Positions 16,890 to 26,933 of a stretch of DNA of 64,000 bases are shown here, one piece after another. The position numbers and the translations under genes are program-made. The stretch is from an uncultured beta proteobacterium (GTDB lineage: Bacteria; Pseudomonadota; Gammaproteobacteria; Burkholderiales; Burkholderiaceae_F): positions 15,085-79,084 of the forward strand of contig CAVTND010000008.1 of NCBI GenBank assembly GCA_963735955.1, given 5' to 3'. Positions within the stretch are counted from its first letter, which is position 1; every line of letters begins with the position of its first letter. The notes beneath the pieces are model-generated. The model saw nothing but the letters and a program-made list of their open reading frames with translations. It made no database searches and had not been told where the DNA came from.

Positions 16890-17690
16890 TTACTCGAAGC
16901 GATGCTCGAACGGCACGCGTGCGCCCGTCCATTCGAGGGTGCCGCGTACCGTCGCGGGCAGCGACACGTCGATCCGCTCGTTGTTGCTCGACTGCGCCGA
17001 AAGCTCGAGCAAACGAGTTTCTCCTGGAAGGATCGGGAATGTGGACGGTGCGAAATCGAGTTCGCGACCTTGCGCATCGGTGCCGGTCAGGAATCCGCCG
17101 ATGCGGCCGTGTGCATTTCCGGTATTGCGAACCAGCAGTGTTGGAACCCGCTTGCCGGCCAACGTGGCAACCTCCGCCTTGAGGATTTCGAGTTTGGGCG
17201 CCGCGTCGCCGACGGCCGCATAGACGATGACGCCGATGCGACCGCGCACGGGAATCTTGAATGCGCCGCCGCCGGCCACTGCCGGCTCATCGCCTTCGAT
17301 CATCAGGGCGAACCGGCATTCGCCGGCCGGTGCATCGTCCGGGGGAGAGATTTCGAAGCGGAAACGAACCCGCGAGCCGCCCGGAATCACCAGCTCGTTG
17401 CGTTCAATTGCTACCCACGGCCGGCAGCTGCCCGGCCGAAGATCGTCGTGAAACGTGACGCTGGTGTCCGTGCCGAGCGACCAGTCCGCAGTGCGTATCC
17501 GATAGCGTGCTGGCTGCGATCCGGCGTTGGAGATCTCGACGACGTGGCGTGCGCGGACTCCCGGCGCCGCGGTGATCTCGAAGCGCGGTGGCGACACGAT
17601 AGCGTTGAAGCCCTGGGCTGATGCTGAAGTCATGCAGCACAGCCAAGTCAAGGCGGCGAGCGCAAAGGTTGAAGTGCGAGTCAGGGTCAC
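16890..17690 (-). CDS. Periplasmic PapD-like chaperone candidate
   Basis: Signal peptide (M)TLTRTSTFALAALTWLCCMTSASA from the GTG at 17690 (TTG at 17714 is also in frame). Two-domain beta pattern (VSPPRFEI...RHVVEISNAGSQPARYRIRT...PW..I.P.E..IPGGS.R.FRF). Lies 6 nt upstream of the OM protein gene. Confidence 0.5.
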   Translation of the reverse strand: MTLTRTSTFALAALTWLCCMTSASAQGFNAIVSPPRFEITAAPGVRARHVVEISNAGSQPARYRIRTADWSLGTDTSVTFHDDLRPGSCRPWVAIERNELVIPGGSRVRFRFEISPPDDAPAGECRFALMIEGDEPAVAGGGAFKIPVRGRIGVIVYAAVGDAAPKLEILKAEVATLAGKRVPTLLVRNTGNAHGRIGGFLTGTDAQGRELDFAPSTFPILPGETRLLELSAQSSNNERIDVSLPATVRGTLEWTGARVPFEHRFE

Positions 17691-17694
17691 GGCG

Positions 17695-18162
17695 TCAGTC
17701 GATGTCGATCTCAAAGTGAAAGTTCAGTCGGTGGCCACTGCTCAGCCGGGTGCCGTCGGTTTCGATCCTCAGGACCAGAGTCTCGTCGAGCACCGGCGTG
17801 GTGATCGGTCCGGCGTAGACCAGCGCGCGTTGGCCCGACACGAGTTGCCCCGGCAGCAGGCGCCCCTGGGTCGTCCAGCTGGAGCGGACCTGTCCATGCG
17901 ACTGCTCGGGCAGGACCAGGAACAGGCGGCCACTGCGCTTCAGCCACGGTGCGAGGTTGAGTCTCACCTGCACGGTCGTCGCTCCTTCGACCGTGTTGTC
18001 GCCGCCGCGCGATGGCGCCAACTGGCGCCACCGCAGAGTGGCCGAGCTTTCCTGCGGAATAGTCGCGCTGTCGTCGACTCGAAAGGTCGCCGCAGCGACG
18101 CCGTCAGTTGAGAGGGTTACCCAGACGAGCACACCGGCCGCAAGCAGAATACGGAGGCTCAT
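17695..18162 (-). CDS. Secreted 155-aa protein of the fibre operon (hypothetical)
   Basis: Signal peptide MSLRILLAAGVLVWVTLSTDGVAAA. The ATG at 18162 overlaps the upstream stop (ATGA). No family recognised. Confidence 0.55.
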   Translation of the reverse strand: MSLRILLAAGVLVWVTLSTDGVAAATFRVDDSATIPQESSATLRWRQLAPSRGGDNTVEGATTVQVRLNLAPWLKRSGRLFLVLPEQSHGQVRSSWTTQGRLLPGQLVSGQRALVYAGPITTPVLDETLVLRIETDGTRLSSGHRLNFHFEIDID

Positions 18163-18797
18163 GGTGCGGTCAACGTATACGTCACGGTGCCGGTGAACGT
18201 GCCAGCGGGAACTACCGCGGTGTTGCGATACGAGAAGGTCTGGCAACTCTCAGCCCACTGATTGCGATTGATGGTGCCGATGGTCTGTGTGCCGCCGGTG
18301 AAACTTCCCGCCGGAAACGGCTGCGCGCCGGTGTCGCCGATGCCACTGCTGGTCCACTGAATCTGCGTGAACGGAATCGCGTCGCCCCCGGCATTGGTTA
18401 GGGGGGTCGACGATGTGGCCGTCAGCGTGGCACCCGCACCGGCGGCCGTATTGGTGATCCGGTAAAACCCGCCGACGTACAGTTGGCCAGCGCTGCAGAA
18501 CGTGAAGTTGTCGTAAAAGCTGTTGGTGGCGCCGGTGTTCGACGCCATAGCCTGCGCCGTTCCGCTGCCGACAGCAGCCGCGGGAACGTTGACCGAAACG
18601 ACGTTGACGGTCGGGTTGGCGGCCGGAGTGCCACCGGAGTTATACAAGCCGGTGAACGAACCGACCCCGATCTGCAAGTAGATCACACGGGGACTGCCGG
18701 CGCTGATGTTGACGGTGAACGCGTTTGCGTTTACCGCCGCAAGGCTGCCCACGCCACCGAAGACGAGCCCAAGTATTCCGGTTCGAAGTCGATGCAT
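18159..18797 (-). CDS. Secreted fibre subunit-like protein B (212 aa)
   Basis: Signal peptide ...GSLAAVNANA|F. Gly/Thr/Ala/Asn-rich with two Cys. Shares YLQIGVGSF, DAIPFTQI and the C-terminal GTFTGTVTYTLTAP with subunit A. Confidence 0.6.
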   Translation of the reverse strand: MHRLRTGILGLVFGGVGSLAAVNANAFTVNISAGSPRVIYLQIGVGSFTGLYNSGGTPAANPTVNVVSVNVPAAAVGSGTAQAMASNTGATNSFYDNFTFCSAGQLYVGGFYRITNTAAGAGATLTATSSTPLTNAGGDAIPFTQIQWTSSGIGDTGAQPFPAGSFTGGTQTIGTINRNQWAESCQTFSYRNTAVVPAGTFTGTVTYTLTAP

Positions 18798-18863
18798 GCC
18801 GTACCCGCGGGTCCCCGTGAGTGCACGCGCCGCGGCTGCGCCGGCGCGTGCGTTCGCGGGAGC

Positions 18864-19442
18864 TTACGGTGTGGTCGCCGTGTACGTCACCTGGCCGGTA
18901 TACGCACCCGAGGCCGGTGTGACCGAGTTCAGGTACGAGTACGTCCAGGTGCCGTTGACGTTGACGACCTTGCCAGAGGCCGTATATGTAGTCGTGGCAC
19001 CATTGATCGCCGGATGTGTTGCGCCACCGGTTACGGCGACGGCAATCTGGGTCCACGGAATCGTGTCGGCGCCACTCAACAAGTTCGGGTTGCCGGAAAC
19101 CGCCCCGAGTGTCATGTTGCCGTTGTTGCCGACGACGCGCACAGTCACGGCACCGCCGGTCAGGTTGCCGCCCGTCCCGGCGACCGCCGTGCTGTTACCG
19201 ACGCTCGCGGCCGGGACGGCGAAGTCGACAGTGTCGATCGTTCCGTTCGCCGCCAGAAACGTTCCGGTGCCGACCTGCAGAAACACGAACTTCGGAATCG
19301 TCACCGAAAAGTTGACCCGGGCCGATGCGGTGATGTTTGCACCGACGCCGGTCGTAAAATTCGATTCGGCCTGAGCTGCGAACGGTACCGCCAGCGCTCC
19401 AGCAACCGCGGCGGCGAGGATCGTGGTGCGATTGTGTTTCAT
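18864..19442 (-). CDS. Secreted fibre subunit-like protein A (192 aa)
   Basis: Signal peptide MKHNRTTILAAAVAGALAVPFAAQA|E, then an extra N-terminal alternating segment. Contains FLQVGTGTF, DTIPWTQI and the C-terminal GAYTGQVTYTATTP. First gene of the operon. Confidence 0.6.
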   Translation of the reverse strand: MKHNRTTILAAAVAGALAVPFAAQAESNFTTGVGANITASARVNFSVTIPKFVFLQVGTGTFLAANGTIDTVDFAVPAASVGNSTAVAGTGGNLTGGAVTVRVVGNNGNMTLGAVSGNPNLLSGADTIPWTQIAVAVTGGATHPAINGATTTYTASGKVVNVNGTWTYSYLNSVTPASGAYTGQVTYTATTP

Positions 19443-19989
19443 CAGTTCTCCTGGCGGGGCTTGGCCCTGGGCTAGTGCTCTTCGATTCGACGGTCAGCCT
19501 TACAAGTGCCGGGACTGACCGCCATCAATGTCGTGGAGGCCATCCGGCCCCATGAACGGAGTGCATCGTACCGAGTACGCGGTATCCGGAAGGGCTGAAA
19601 TGGCGGCTGCGCTTGCTCCATTTCAGTGTGGTCCGGTCCTGATCGGCACGATTAGCACGACAAACGCAGCCACCTCGTTGTTTGGTCCGATCCAGCGGAC
19701 CGCGGGATGCTTGAGCGTCGGCCGATGAGCACTTGAGTGGCTGTTGACGGCCTCGGCTGCGACCAATTCTTTCCGCACGCCGGTGTACGTGAACCCGCAC
19801 TTCGGTTGGTCGATTTCCTGATTCTTCGTCACTGCCGACGAACGGTTTGCCGCTCGTCGGGCGCCGCATGCCTCGCGCGTGTGCTTGCTCAAGAAAAGCG
19901 CCGGCGATTCCGTTACCTCGGGAGATTGCAGGCCGCGCAATTGCGGTGTCATTGCCTGACCTTACAGAACGGATTCGACGCTCCTCATC

Positions 19990-20429
19990 ATGTTGCACGC
20001 CGTACCTTCCGCATCCGCGCGCGGCTTCACGCTGATTGAGGCACTGATTGTTGTGACCATGCTCAGCATCCTGGCGGCGATCGCGATTCCCAATTACTCG
20101 CGCTACGTGACGCGCGGGCAACTGGTCGAGGCGACCAACGCGCTTGGCGAGTTTCGCGTGCGCATGGAGCAGTTCTATCAGGATAACCGCAGCTATCAGA
20201 ACGCGGGCGGTGGCTGTGGCGCCGCGGTCCCGGCCAGCCTCTCGAACTTTGCCGTGACCTGTGCGATCGCGGCGGCAGGTCAGGCATACACGGCGACCGC
20301 CACAGGCGCGGCAAACACGCTGGCTTTGTCTACACGATTGATCAAGCCAATGTGCGGGCGACCACAGCCCTGCCTGCACATTGGGGAAGCCTGCCGGCCG
20401 ACGCGGCCACTCGATGGGTGACGCGATGA
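19990..20429 (+). pseudogene. pilE: Type IV pilin PilE-like (minor pilin), one frame change near the 3' end as sequenced
   Basis: Prepilin leader MLHAVPSASARG|FTLIEALIVV. After about 20315 the pilin-like C-terminus GFVYTIDQANVRATTALPAHWGSLPADAATRWVTR continues in another frame. It ends at TGA 20427-20429, which overlaps the next start (ATGA). Confidence 0.8.
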
Positions 20430-21007
20430 GTCGAACCATGATCGCAATGACGCGCCAACGCGGCGTGACGATTGTCGAGACTGTAGTCGTCATGACCATC
20501 GTGGCCATCCTGTTTAGTCAGGCGGTCCCGCTGTTCTCCTCATGGATCGGCAACGCCCAGACGCGCACGGCGGCGGAATCGATTCTCAATGGAATGCAAC
20601 TTGCACGCGGCGAAGCGATTCGACGCAACCGCATGGTGCAGGTCAGTCTGACCGCGGGAACTCTGCCATCGTGGACGGTGGGCTGCGCCAATCCGATCGA
20701 CAATGGCACGCCGGGAATCGATGACCCCGGTGACTGCCTTGCGGTCATCCGTGCGCGCCCTTCAGCCGAGAGTTCGGATCAGCCGCAGCTCGCGGTCGTG
20801 CCGGCGGACGCCAACACCGTGACCTTCGACTCGCTCGGCCGCATGACGGCGAATGTCGACGGTTCTGCCACTCCGGCCACGATCGACGTGGCCAATCCGG
20901 GGGTCAGTGCAACCGAGCGCCGCGTGCTGCGCCTGGTCATGGGGGCGGCCGGCGATGTCCGAATGTGCGACCCGGCTCTTGCCGCCGGCGATCCGCGCGG
21001 ATGCTGA
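20426..21007 (+). CDS. fimT: GspH/FimT-family minor pilin
   Basis: Leader MSRTMIAMTRQRG|VTIVETVVVMTIVAIL. Contains ...AAESILNGMQLARGEAIRRN..., typical of FimT/FimU. Confidence 0.8.
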   Translation: MSRTMIAMTRQRGVTIVETVVVMTIVAILFSQAVPLFSSWIGNAQTRTAAESILNGMQLARGEAIRRNRMVQVSLTAGTLPSWTVGCANPIDNGTPGIDDPGDCLAVIRARPSAESSDQPQLAVVPADANTVTFDSLGRMTANVDGSATPATIDVANPGVSATERRVLRLVMGAAGDVRMCDPALAAGDPRGC

Positions 21008-21018
21008 GGTCGGGCCCG

Positions 21019-21444
21019 ATGATCGCCACTCGACGATCCTTGCCTTCGACGCAGCCGAAACGCGTCCGTGGCATGTCGCTGGTCGAGGTCCTGGTCGCCG
21101 TGGTCGTGTTTGCGGTCGGCGTGCTCGGCCTGTTCAACAGTCATGCATTGGCATTCAACACTTTTTCGGACGCCAAGTATCGAGTCGATGCAGCGCTGCT
21201 GGCCGACCGGCTGATTGGCGAGATGTGGGTCGATCGCGCCAACGTCGCGACCTATGCCTTCAGTGGCGGCACAACGACTGTTGGGCGACTGGCACCCTGG
21301 CTGGCCGAACTGCGCCAGACCCTGCCGGCAGCTGATGCCACAGTCGTTGTCGTCGGCAACGTCGTTACCGTCACCGTCAGTTGGCAGACGCCGTCCAACG
21401 ATCGTCACCGCCACGTTGCAGTCACCACGCTGCAGGAGCCCTGA
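21019..21444 (+). CDS. pilV: Type IV pilus modification protein PilV
   Basis: Leader ...KRVRG|MSLVEVLVAVVVFAVGVLGL. Size and operon position fit PilV. Confidence 0.8.
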   Translation: MIATRRSLPSTQPKRVRGMSLVEVLVAVVVFAVGVLGLFNSHALAFNTFSDAKYRVDAALLADRLIGEMWVDRANVATYAFSGGTTTVGRLAPWLAELRQTLPAADATVVVVGNVVTVTVSWQTPSNDRHRHVAVTTLQEP

Positions 21445-21445
21445 C

Positions 21446-22519
21446 ATGTTGCGCGGGCTACGCGCTTCGAGGGGCATGACGCTCATCGAGGTGTTGATCG
21501 CGATGGTGGTCTCGCTCGTTGTCACGATGGCTGTCTATCAGACGCTGGCGTCGTCGGAGGCCTATCGGCGCGCGGCCACCGGCGGTGGCGACGCAACCTT
21601 CAATGGCTCGATCGCGATGTACACCATGCAGCGCGATCTGCGAGTGGCGGGCTTCGGTCTCAACTCGGTCGATATTCTGGGGTGCCGCTTGTTGGTTTAC
21701 GACAGCGGAACCGATCCGGTGCGCGAATTCAATTTGACACTGGCCCCGGTCCGGATCACCCAGGGCGTCGCCAATGCACCCGACACGATCGAAGTGATCT
21801 ACAGCGGCACGGATGCGGTGCCGGCCCGGTCCGCCTGACCCAGGCGCTGCCCAGCGCGACCTCAGACTTCTATATCGACAATGCCTTCGGCATCGTGGCT
21901 GGCCAGTTGCTGATCGTCGCCGAGCCTGGACAGGATTGCACGCTGGTGCAGGCGACCAATACGCCCAGCCTCGAACCACCGGGCCGCCAGGACTTGCTGA
22001 CGCACGGCAGCGGCATGTATCGCAGCCCGCTACGGCACGATGGTCGCGTCGCGTTACAACAAGCCCGGCGGACTGGGTCCGAACTACACCCTGTCGCGGC
22101 CCTGTTTCCGATCGGCCCGGCACCCACGGTCAACCGGTACTCGATCCAGAACGAGACCTTGGTCATGGATCAGACACTACTGCGGCCGTCGGCCTGCCGG
22201 TGGCCACCGCTGTAGTGCAGTTGCAGGCCCAGTACGGCAAGGACACCGACAACGACGGCGTCATCGACGTCTGGGACGAACTCACGCCCAACACTGCCAA
22301 CGGCTGGGCCGGCGTGATCGCCATCCGACTCGCGCTGGTCTCGCGCAGCGCGGTCCCCGAGCGCCCAAACGCGGCAGGCGACTGCGACGCCACCACCACG
22401 GCGCCTAATTGGGCTGGTGGGGCCATTGATCTGACGGCACGGGCCGACTGGCGCTGCTTCAAGTACCGCGTCTTTGAGTCGACGATCAGCCTGCGCAACA
22501 TGATCTGGAGGCCGGATGA
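21446..22519 (+). pseudogene. pilW: Type IV pilus assembly protein PilW, about 4 frame changes as sequenced
   Basis: Leader MLRGLRASRG|MTLIEVLIAMVVSL. The body continues across frames near 21830, 22035, 22095 and 22185. The conserved tail VVQLQAQYGKDTDNDGVIDVWDEL...AIRLALVSRS...WRCFKYRVFESTISLRNMIW ends near 22515. The exact stop is unresolved: the frame runs on to 22871, while a TGA at 22517 would give an ATGA overlap with pilX. Confidence 0.75.
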
Positions 22520-23154
22520 GTTTGCGCGGCCGCCCGAAGGACGTATTCCCGTTGGGTGTGATGGCGCAGCGCCAGGCGCGTGCCTTGAAGTCGAAGCTGC
22601 CGCGTCGGCAGCGCGGCGCCGTGCTGATGGTCGTGCTGGTCGCACTGATCGCGATGCTGATCTCGGTCATCGCCTTGAGCCGGTCGATGGATACGCATCA
22701 GCTGGTCGCCGGCAATCTCGCGTTCCGCAATGCGGCGGTCCACTCGTCGGACGCCGGCGTCCAGGGCGCGGTGACCTGGCTCCAGGCCACGGTCGGCACT
22801 GCAACACTGAATACCAATGCGCCCAATCGCGGCTACTACGCGCAGCTGATCGAGCCCAACTGGGACGATGACTCGGTCTGGAACCAGTGCGCCACGTGCC
22901 GCATCGTCCAGGACGGCGCCGGCAACACCGTCCAGTGGATCACCCATCGCATGTGCTCGGCGCAGGGCAATCCGAATGCCGCCGGCGTTTCCTGTTCGCT
23001 GCTGACGGCGGGCTCGCCGCCGCGTCCGGCGGCAGCTATGTCAAGCGATGCCACCAACTTCACCGGCACCGCGCAGAACTATTACCGCATCACGGTCCGC
23101 GTGCAGGGACCGCGCAACACCAACACTCTGGTCCAGGCCTTCGTTTCCCTCTGA
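22516..23154 (+). CDS. pilX: PilX-like minor pilin / pilus assembly protein
   Basis: RRQRG|AVLMVVLVALIAMLISVIAL N-terminal PilX-type helix. Intact 212-aa ORF ending 13 nt before pilY1. Confidence 0.7.
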   Translation: MSLRGRPKDVFPLGVMAQRQARALKSKLPRRQRGAVLMVVLVALIAMLISVIALSRSMDTHQLVAGNLAFRNAAVHSSDAGVQGAVTWLQATVGTATLNTNAPNRGYYAQLIEPNWDDDSVWNQCATCRIVQDGAGNTVQWITHRMCSAQGNPNAAGVSCSLLTAGSPPRPAAAMSSDATNFTGTAQNYYRITVRVQGPRNTNTLVQAFVSL

Positions 23155-23167
23155 CACCGAGACCGGA

Positions 23168-26100
23168 ATGCGCCGCATCCTGCTGTTGTTCTGTTCGCCG
23201 CAGCGCTGTCGCCGTGCCGGCGCATGCCCAGCTGACCGATATCGCGAGCACGCCGCTGACGTACTCGATGGCGAGTCAGGTCAAGCCCAACGTCATGTTC
23301 ATCGTCGACGATTCGGGCAGCATGGCCTCGCGCTTCATGCCGGAACACGTCGACGGCAGCAACATCGACAAGTCCCGCTGCAGCAACTGCAGTTGTTCGT
23401 CGACGACCACCAACGGCATCGAAGGCAATCCGCCCTGGTACGCGACGCAGTTCAACACGATCTACTACAACCCGCAGGTCACCTACTACCCGGCGATCGA
23501 CCGCGCCGGCACCCCGATGACGAGCTACGGCTCGCCGTGGACCACGGTCAAGGTCAATGCCTTCGTCGGGTCGAGCGACGATCAATCTGGTCAGCGGCTA
23601 TCCGGAAATCGTCTACTGCAAGAATTCGAACGACTTCACCGACCAGCATCGAACTGCCGACGCAATGGCATCGACACCGGCAATCCGTTTGTCTACAACA
23701 GCACGTCGACCAACGGCTATCCGAACGGCACTGCTCGGGCTCGTTTCGCTTTCCGGATCGCGCGGTGGCAATCCCTTCTATTACGACATCCTGCCGCGCG
23801 AGCACTGCAGCGACGTTCTGCTGACGACCTGCACGCTGTCGACCACACCGACTGGCAGCTTCGTCTATCCGGCGCCGGTGCGCTTCTGCCAGAACTCGAC
23901 CGACGCCAACAGCAACAGCGCGATAACGGGTTCGACCAGCGGCAAGCCGCGCTGCCAGGGCGTGTAGACGACCAACCATACAGCGGCCCGCTACGGACGC
24001 TTCCAGCGCGTCGACATCGTGCCGTCACCGCCACCTATGGTGGCCGGCCGAACCGCACCGATTGCGACGAACGCGCCGAACTGCACCTATGCCGAGGAGA
24101 TGACCAACTTCGCCAACTGGTACGCGTACTACAGCACGCGCATGCAGTTGATGAAGACCGGCGTTGGCCATGCGTTTCTCGAGGTCGACGGCCGCTACCG
24201 GGTCGGACTGATCACGATCAATCCCGGCTCGCCGGTCAGCAGTCGAAGTTACATCCGGGTCGACACCTTTACCGGCACGCATCGCAGCAACTGGTACGCC
24301 AAGCTCTACTCATTCAACCCGAGCGGCGGCACGCCGCTGCGCGAGGCGCTGTCGCGGGTCGGCCGCTACTACGCCGGTATTACGAACCGGCATCAACTAC
24401 GGGATGACCGACGATCCGGTCCAGTATTCCTGCCAGCCCAACGTTGCGATTCTGAGCACCGACGGCTACTGGAACGGCAACGGTGGCGAGCGTCGTCAAT
24501 GGCACTTCCATCGGCAACACCGACAACGTCGACTCCGGATACTCGACGCGCGCGTCGGCGCCTATGACGGCGGCGCCAGCGGCGTCGGCAATACCCTGGC
24601 CGATGTCGCGATGTACTACTACAGCGCGGATCTGCGCGCCAACGGCTCGACCGGCGCGCTCGGCACGGATGTCGGCGACAACAACGTGCCGACCACCTTG
24701 CGCGACACCAATCGGGCCAGCACATGCTGACCTTCACGATCGGACTGGGTCTCGGCGGACTGATGCAGTACATCCCGAACTACGAGGCGGCGACCTTCGG
24801 CGACTTCTACAAGATCAAGACGGGAACACGGGGTGCCCATGGTCGGGTAGCGGGATCTGCAACTGGCCGGTGCCGCCGATCAACGACAACGACGATCCAA
24901 CCAAGCTCGACGATCTGTGGCATGCCGCAGTCAATGGCCGCGGTCGCTTCGTCAGCGCGAACGATGCGCCGAGCCTGTACGACGGGCTGGTGACAGCACT
25001 GACCGATCTGCGCGTGCTGGTCGGTGCGGCAGCGGCGTCGGCGACCAGCAGCCCGAACATCACGACGACCGACAACGCCATCTACAGCTCGACGTACCGC
25101 ACGACGCGCTGGGATGGCGAACTGGTGGCGCAGCGCATCGATCCGTCACCGGCGCGGTGGTCCGACGCAGTCGCAGTGGTCGGCGCGCGATCGGCTGAAC
25201 GCCCGTACAGGTCCGCCGCTACCGACACCCGCACGATCTACACCTCGGTCGAGCGGTGTGCTGACGCTGTTTCCAGTGGAGCGATCTTGACACTGCGACG
25301 CGGGCCTACTTCAGCAGCAAGTGCGCGGTCCTGTCGCAGTGCGCATCGATGACGCGGCCGAGCGACGCCCGTAGACGACGGCGCCAATCTGGTCGACTAC
25401 CTGCGCGGCCAGCGCCAGCACGAAACACTCTATCGCGAGCGCGAGTACCTGCTCGGTGATCTCGTGGGGTCGCGACCGGCCTTCGTGCGCGATCCGCGCC
25501 GCAGCTACGGCGACCCGATCACGCCGTCGTATTTCGACTTCAAGAATGCCAACCAGTCGCGGCGTCCTATGGTCTACATCGGTGGGAACGACGGCATGCT
25601 GCATGCGTTCGATGCCACTAATGGCGATGAGCTGTGGGCCTTCGTGCCGCGCACCGTGCTTGCCGAAGCTGTACCGGCTGGCCGAGACGGCCTACGCTAC
25701 CTCGCACGAGTACTTCGTCGACGGCTCACCTACCGTGGCCGACGCGATCATCGGTAGCCTGTGGCGCACCGTAATGGTCGGTGGCATGAATGCCGGTGGC
25801 CGCGGCTTCTATGCGTTGGACATTACCAATCCGACCGCGCCGCAGGTACTGTGGGAAATCTGTGCGGACGCGAGCCTCTGCACAACCGCCGACGCCGATC
25901 TCGGCCTCTCCTTCGGCAACCCGGTCATTACGAAACGCTACAGTGATGGTCGCTGGGTCGCTCTGCTGACGTCCGGCTACAACAACGTCAGCCCGGGCGA
26001 TGGGCGTGGCTATCTTTGGGTCATCGATCTCGCCACCGGGGCAATTCTGCACAAGGTCAGCACGGGAGTCGGGAGCAGCGTCTCGCCGTCGGGATTGGCC

Positions 26101-26901
26101 AAGATCACGGCCTGGGCGCGCGAGCCGGACGCCGACAATACGTCCCAGTATGTGTATGGCGGCGACCTGCGCGGCAATCTGTGGCGTTTCGATCTCGCGA
26201 CCTCGCCGCCGACGGTGCTGCAGCTGGCCACCTTGCGCGATTCTGCCGGCCTGCCGCAGCCGATCACGACCCGGCCAGAACTAGGCCAGATCGACAATCG
26301 GCGCGTCATCTTCGTCGGTACCGGCCGCTATCTCGGCGGCTCGGATCTGCAAAACCCGACAACGCTTTCACCGCCCGGGGATTGGTCCTATATCGGTTCA
26401 ATGTACGCGATCAAGGACAGCGGAGCGGCGCTTGGCAATCCTCGCGCCAGCACCACCTTTGTCGTGCAGACACTGACGGATGCATCGGATGGCAGACGCA
26501 CGATCTCCAGCAACCCGGTCGACTGGCCCACCAAGAACGGCTGGTACGTCGACTATCCGTCGGTTGGCGAGCGGATCAACATCGATCCTCAGCTCGTCCT
26601 CGGCACGTTGGTGACGACCACGAACATTCCGAATAACAATGCCTGTACCGCCGGGGGCGACAGCTGGATCTATCAGACCGACTATCGAAGTGGCCGGGCG
26701 GTCAATACTGCGACCGGCGGTGAGGTGGGCGTGTTCCGAGGTGGCACCTTGACCGTCGGCAACGCGATCGTCCGGCTGCAGGGCCTTAGTCTGAAGATCA
26801 TCACGACCGGCGCATCCGGGGTCAAGGAAACACGCGGACTGAACGTCGGCAGTGGGATGAATACTGCGCGACGCATGGGTTGGCGCGAGCTCGACCGCTA
26901 G
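23168..26901 (+). pseudogene. pilY1: PilY1/PilC-family type IV pilus tip adhesin, about 17 frame changes plus one in-frame TAG as sequenced
   Basis: Recognisable segments in rotating frames: KPNVMFIVDDSGSM (VWA-like), CTYAEEMTNFANWYAYYSTRMQLMKTG, PNVAILSTDGYWNG, LWHAAVNGRGRF, MVYIGGNDGMLHAFDATNGDELWAFVP. The beta-propeller part at 25660-26901 is in one intact frame. TAG at 23965-23967 interrupts an otherwise continuous frame. Confidence 0.85.
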
Positions 26902-26933
26902 ACTGCTGCGCCCCTCGAAAGTGCGGCGAGGGC

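Noticed and set aside
19623-19952. 109-aa minus-strand ORF upstream of the fibre operon, considered as a regulator gene.
   Set aside because: No recognisable motif, only moderate GC3 and no clear SD. I kept it as an observation in the findings but do not call it as a feature.
22516-22871. Continuation of the pilW frame for 350 nt into pilX as a real C-terminal extension.
   Set aside because: The conserved PilW tail (..SLRNMIW) ends at about 22515, and pilX starts there with a proper leader. The run-on frame is most likely a stop-free alternate frame or a consequence of another indel.
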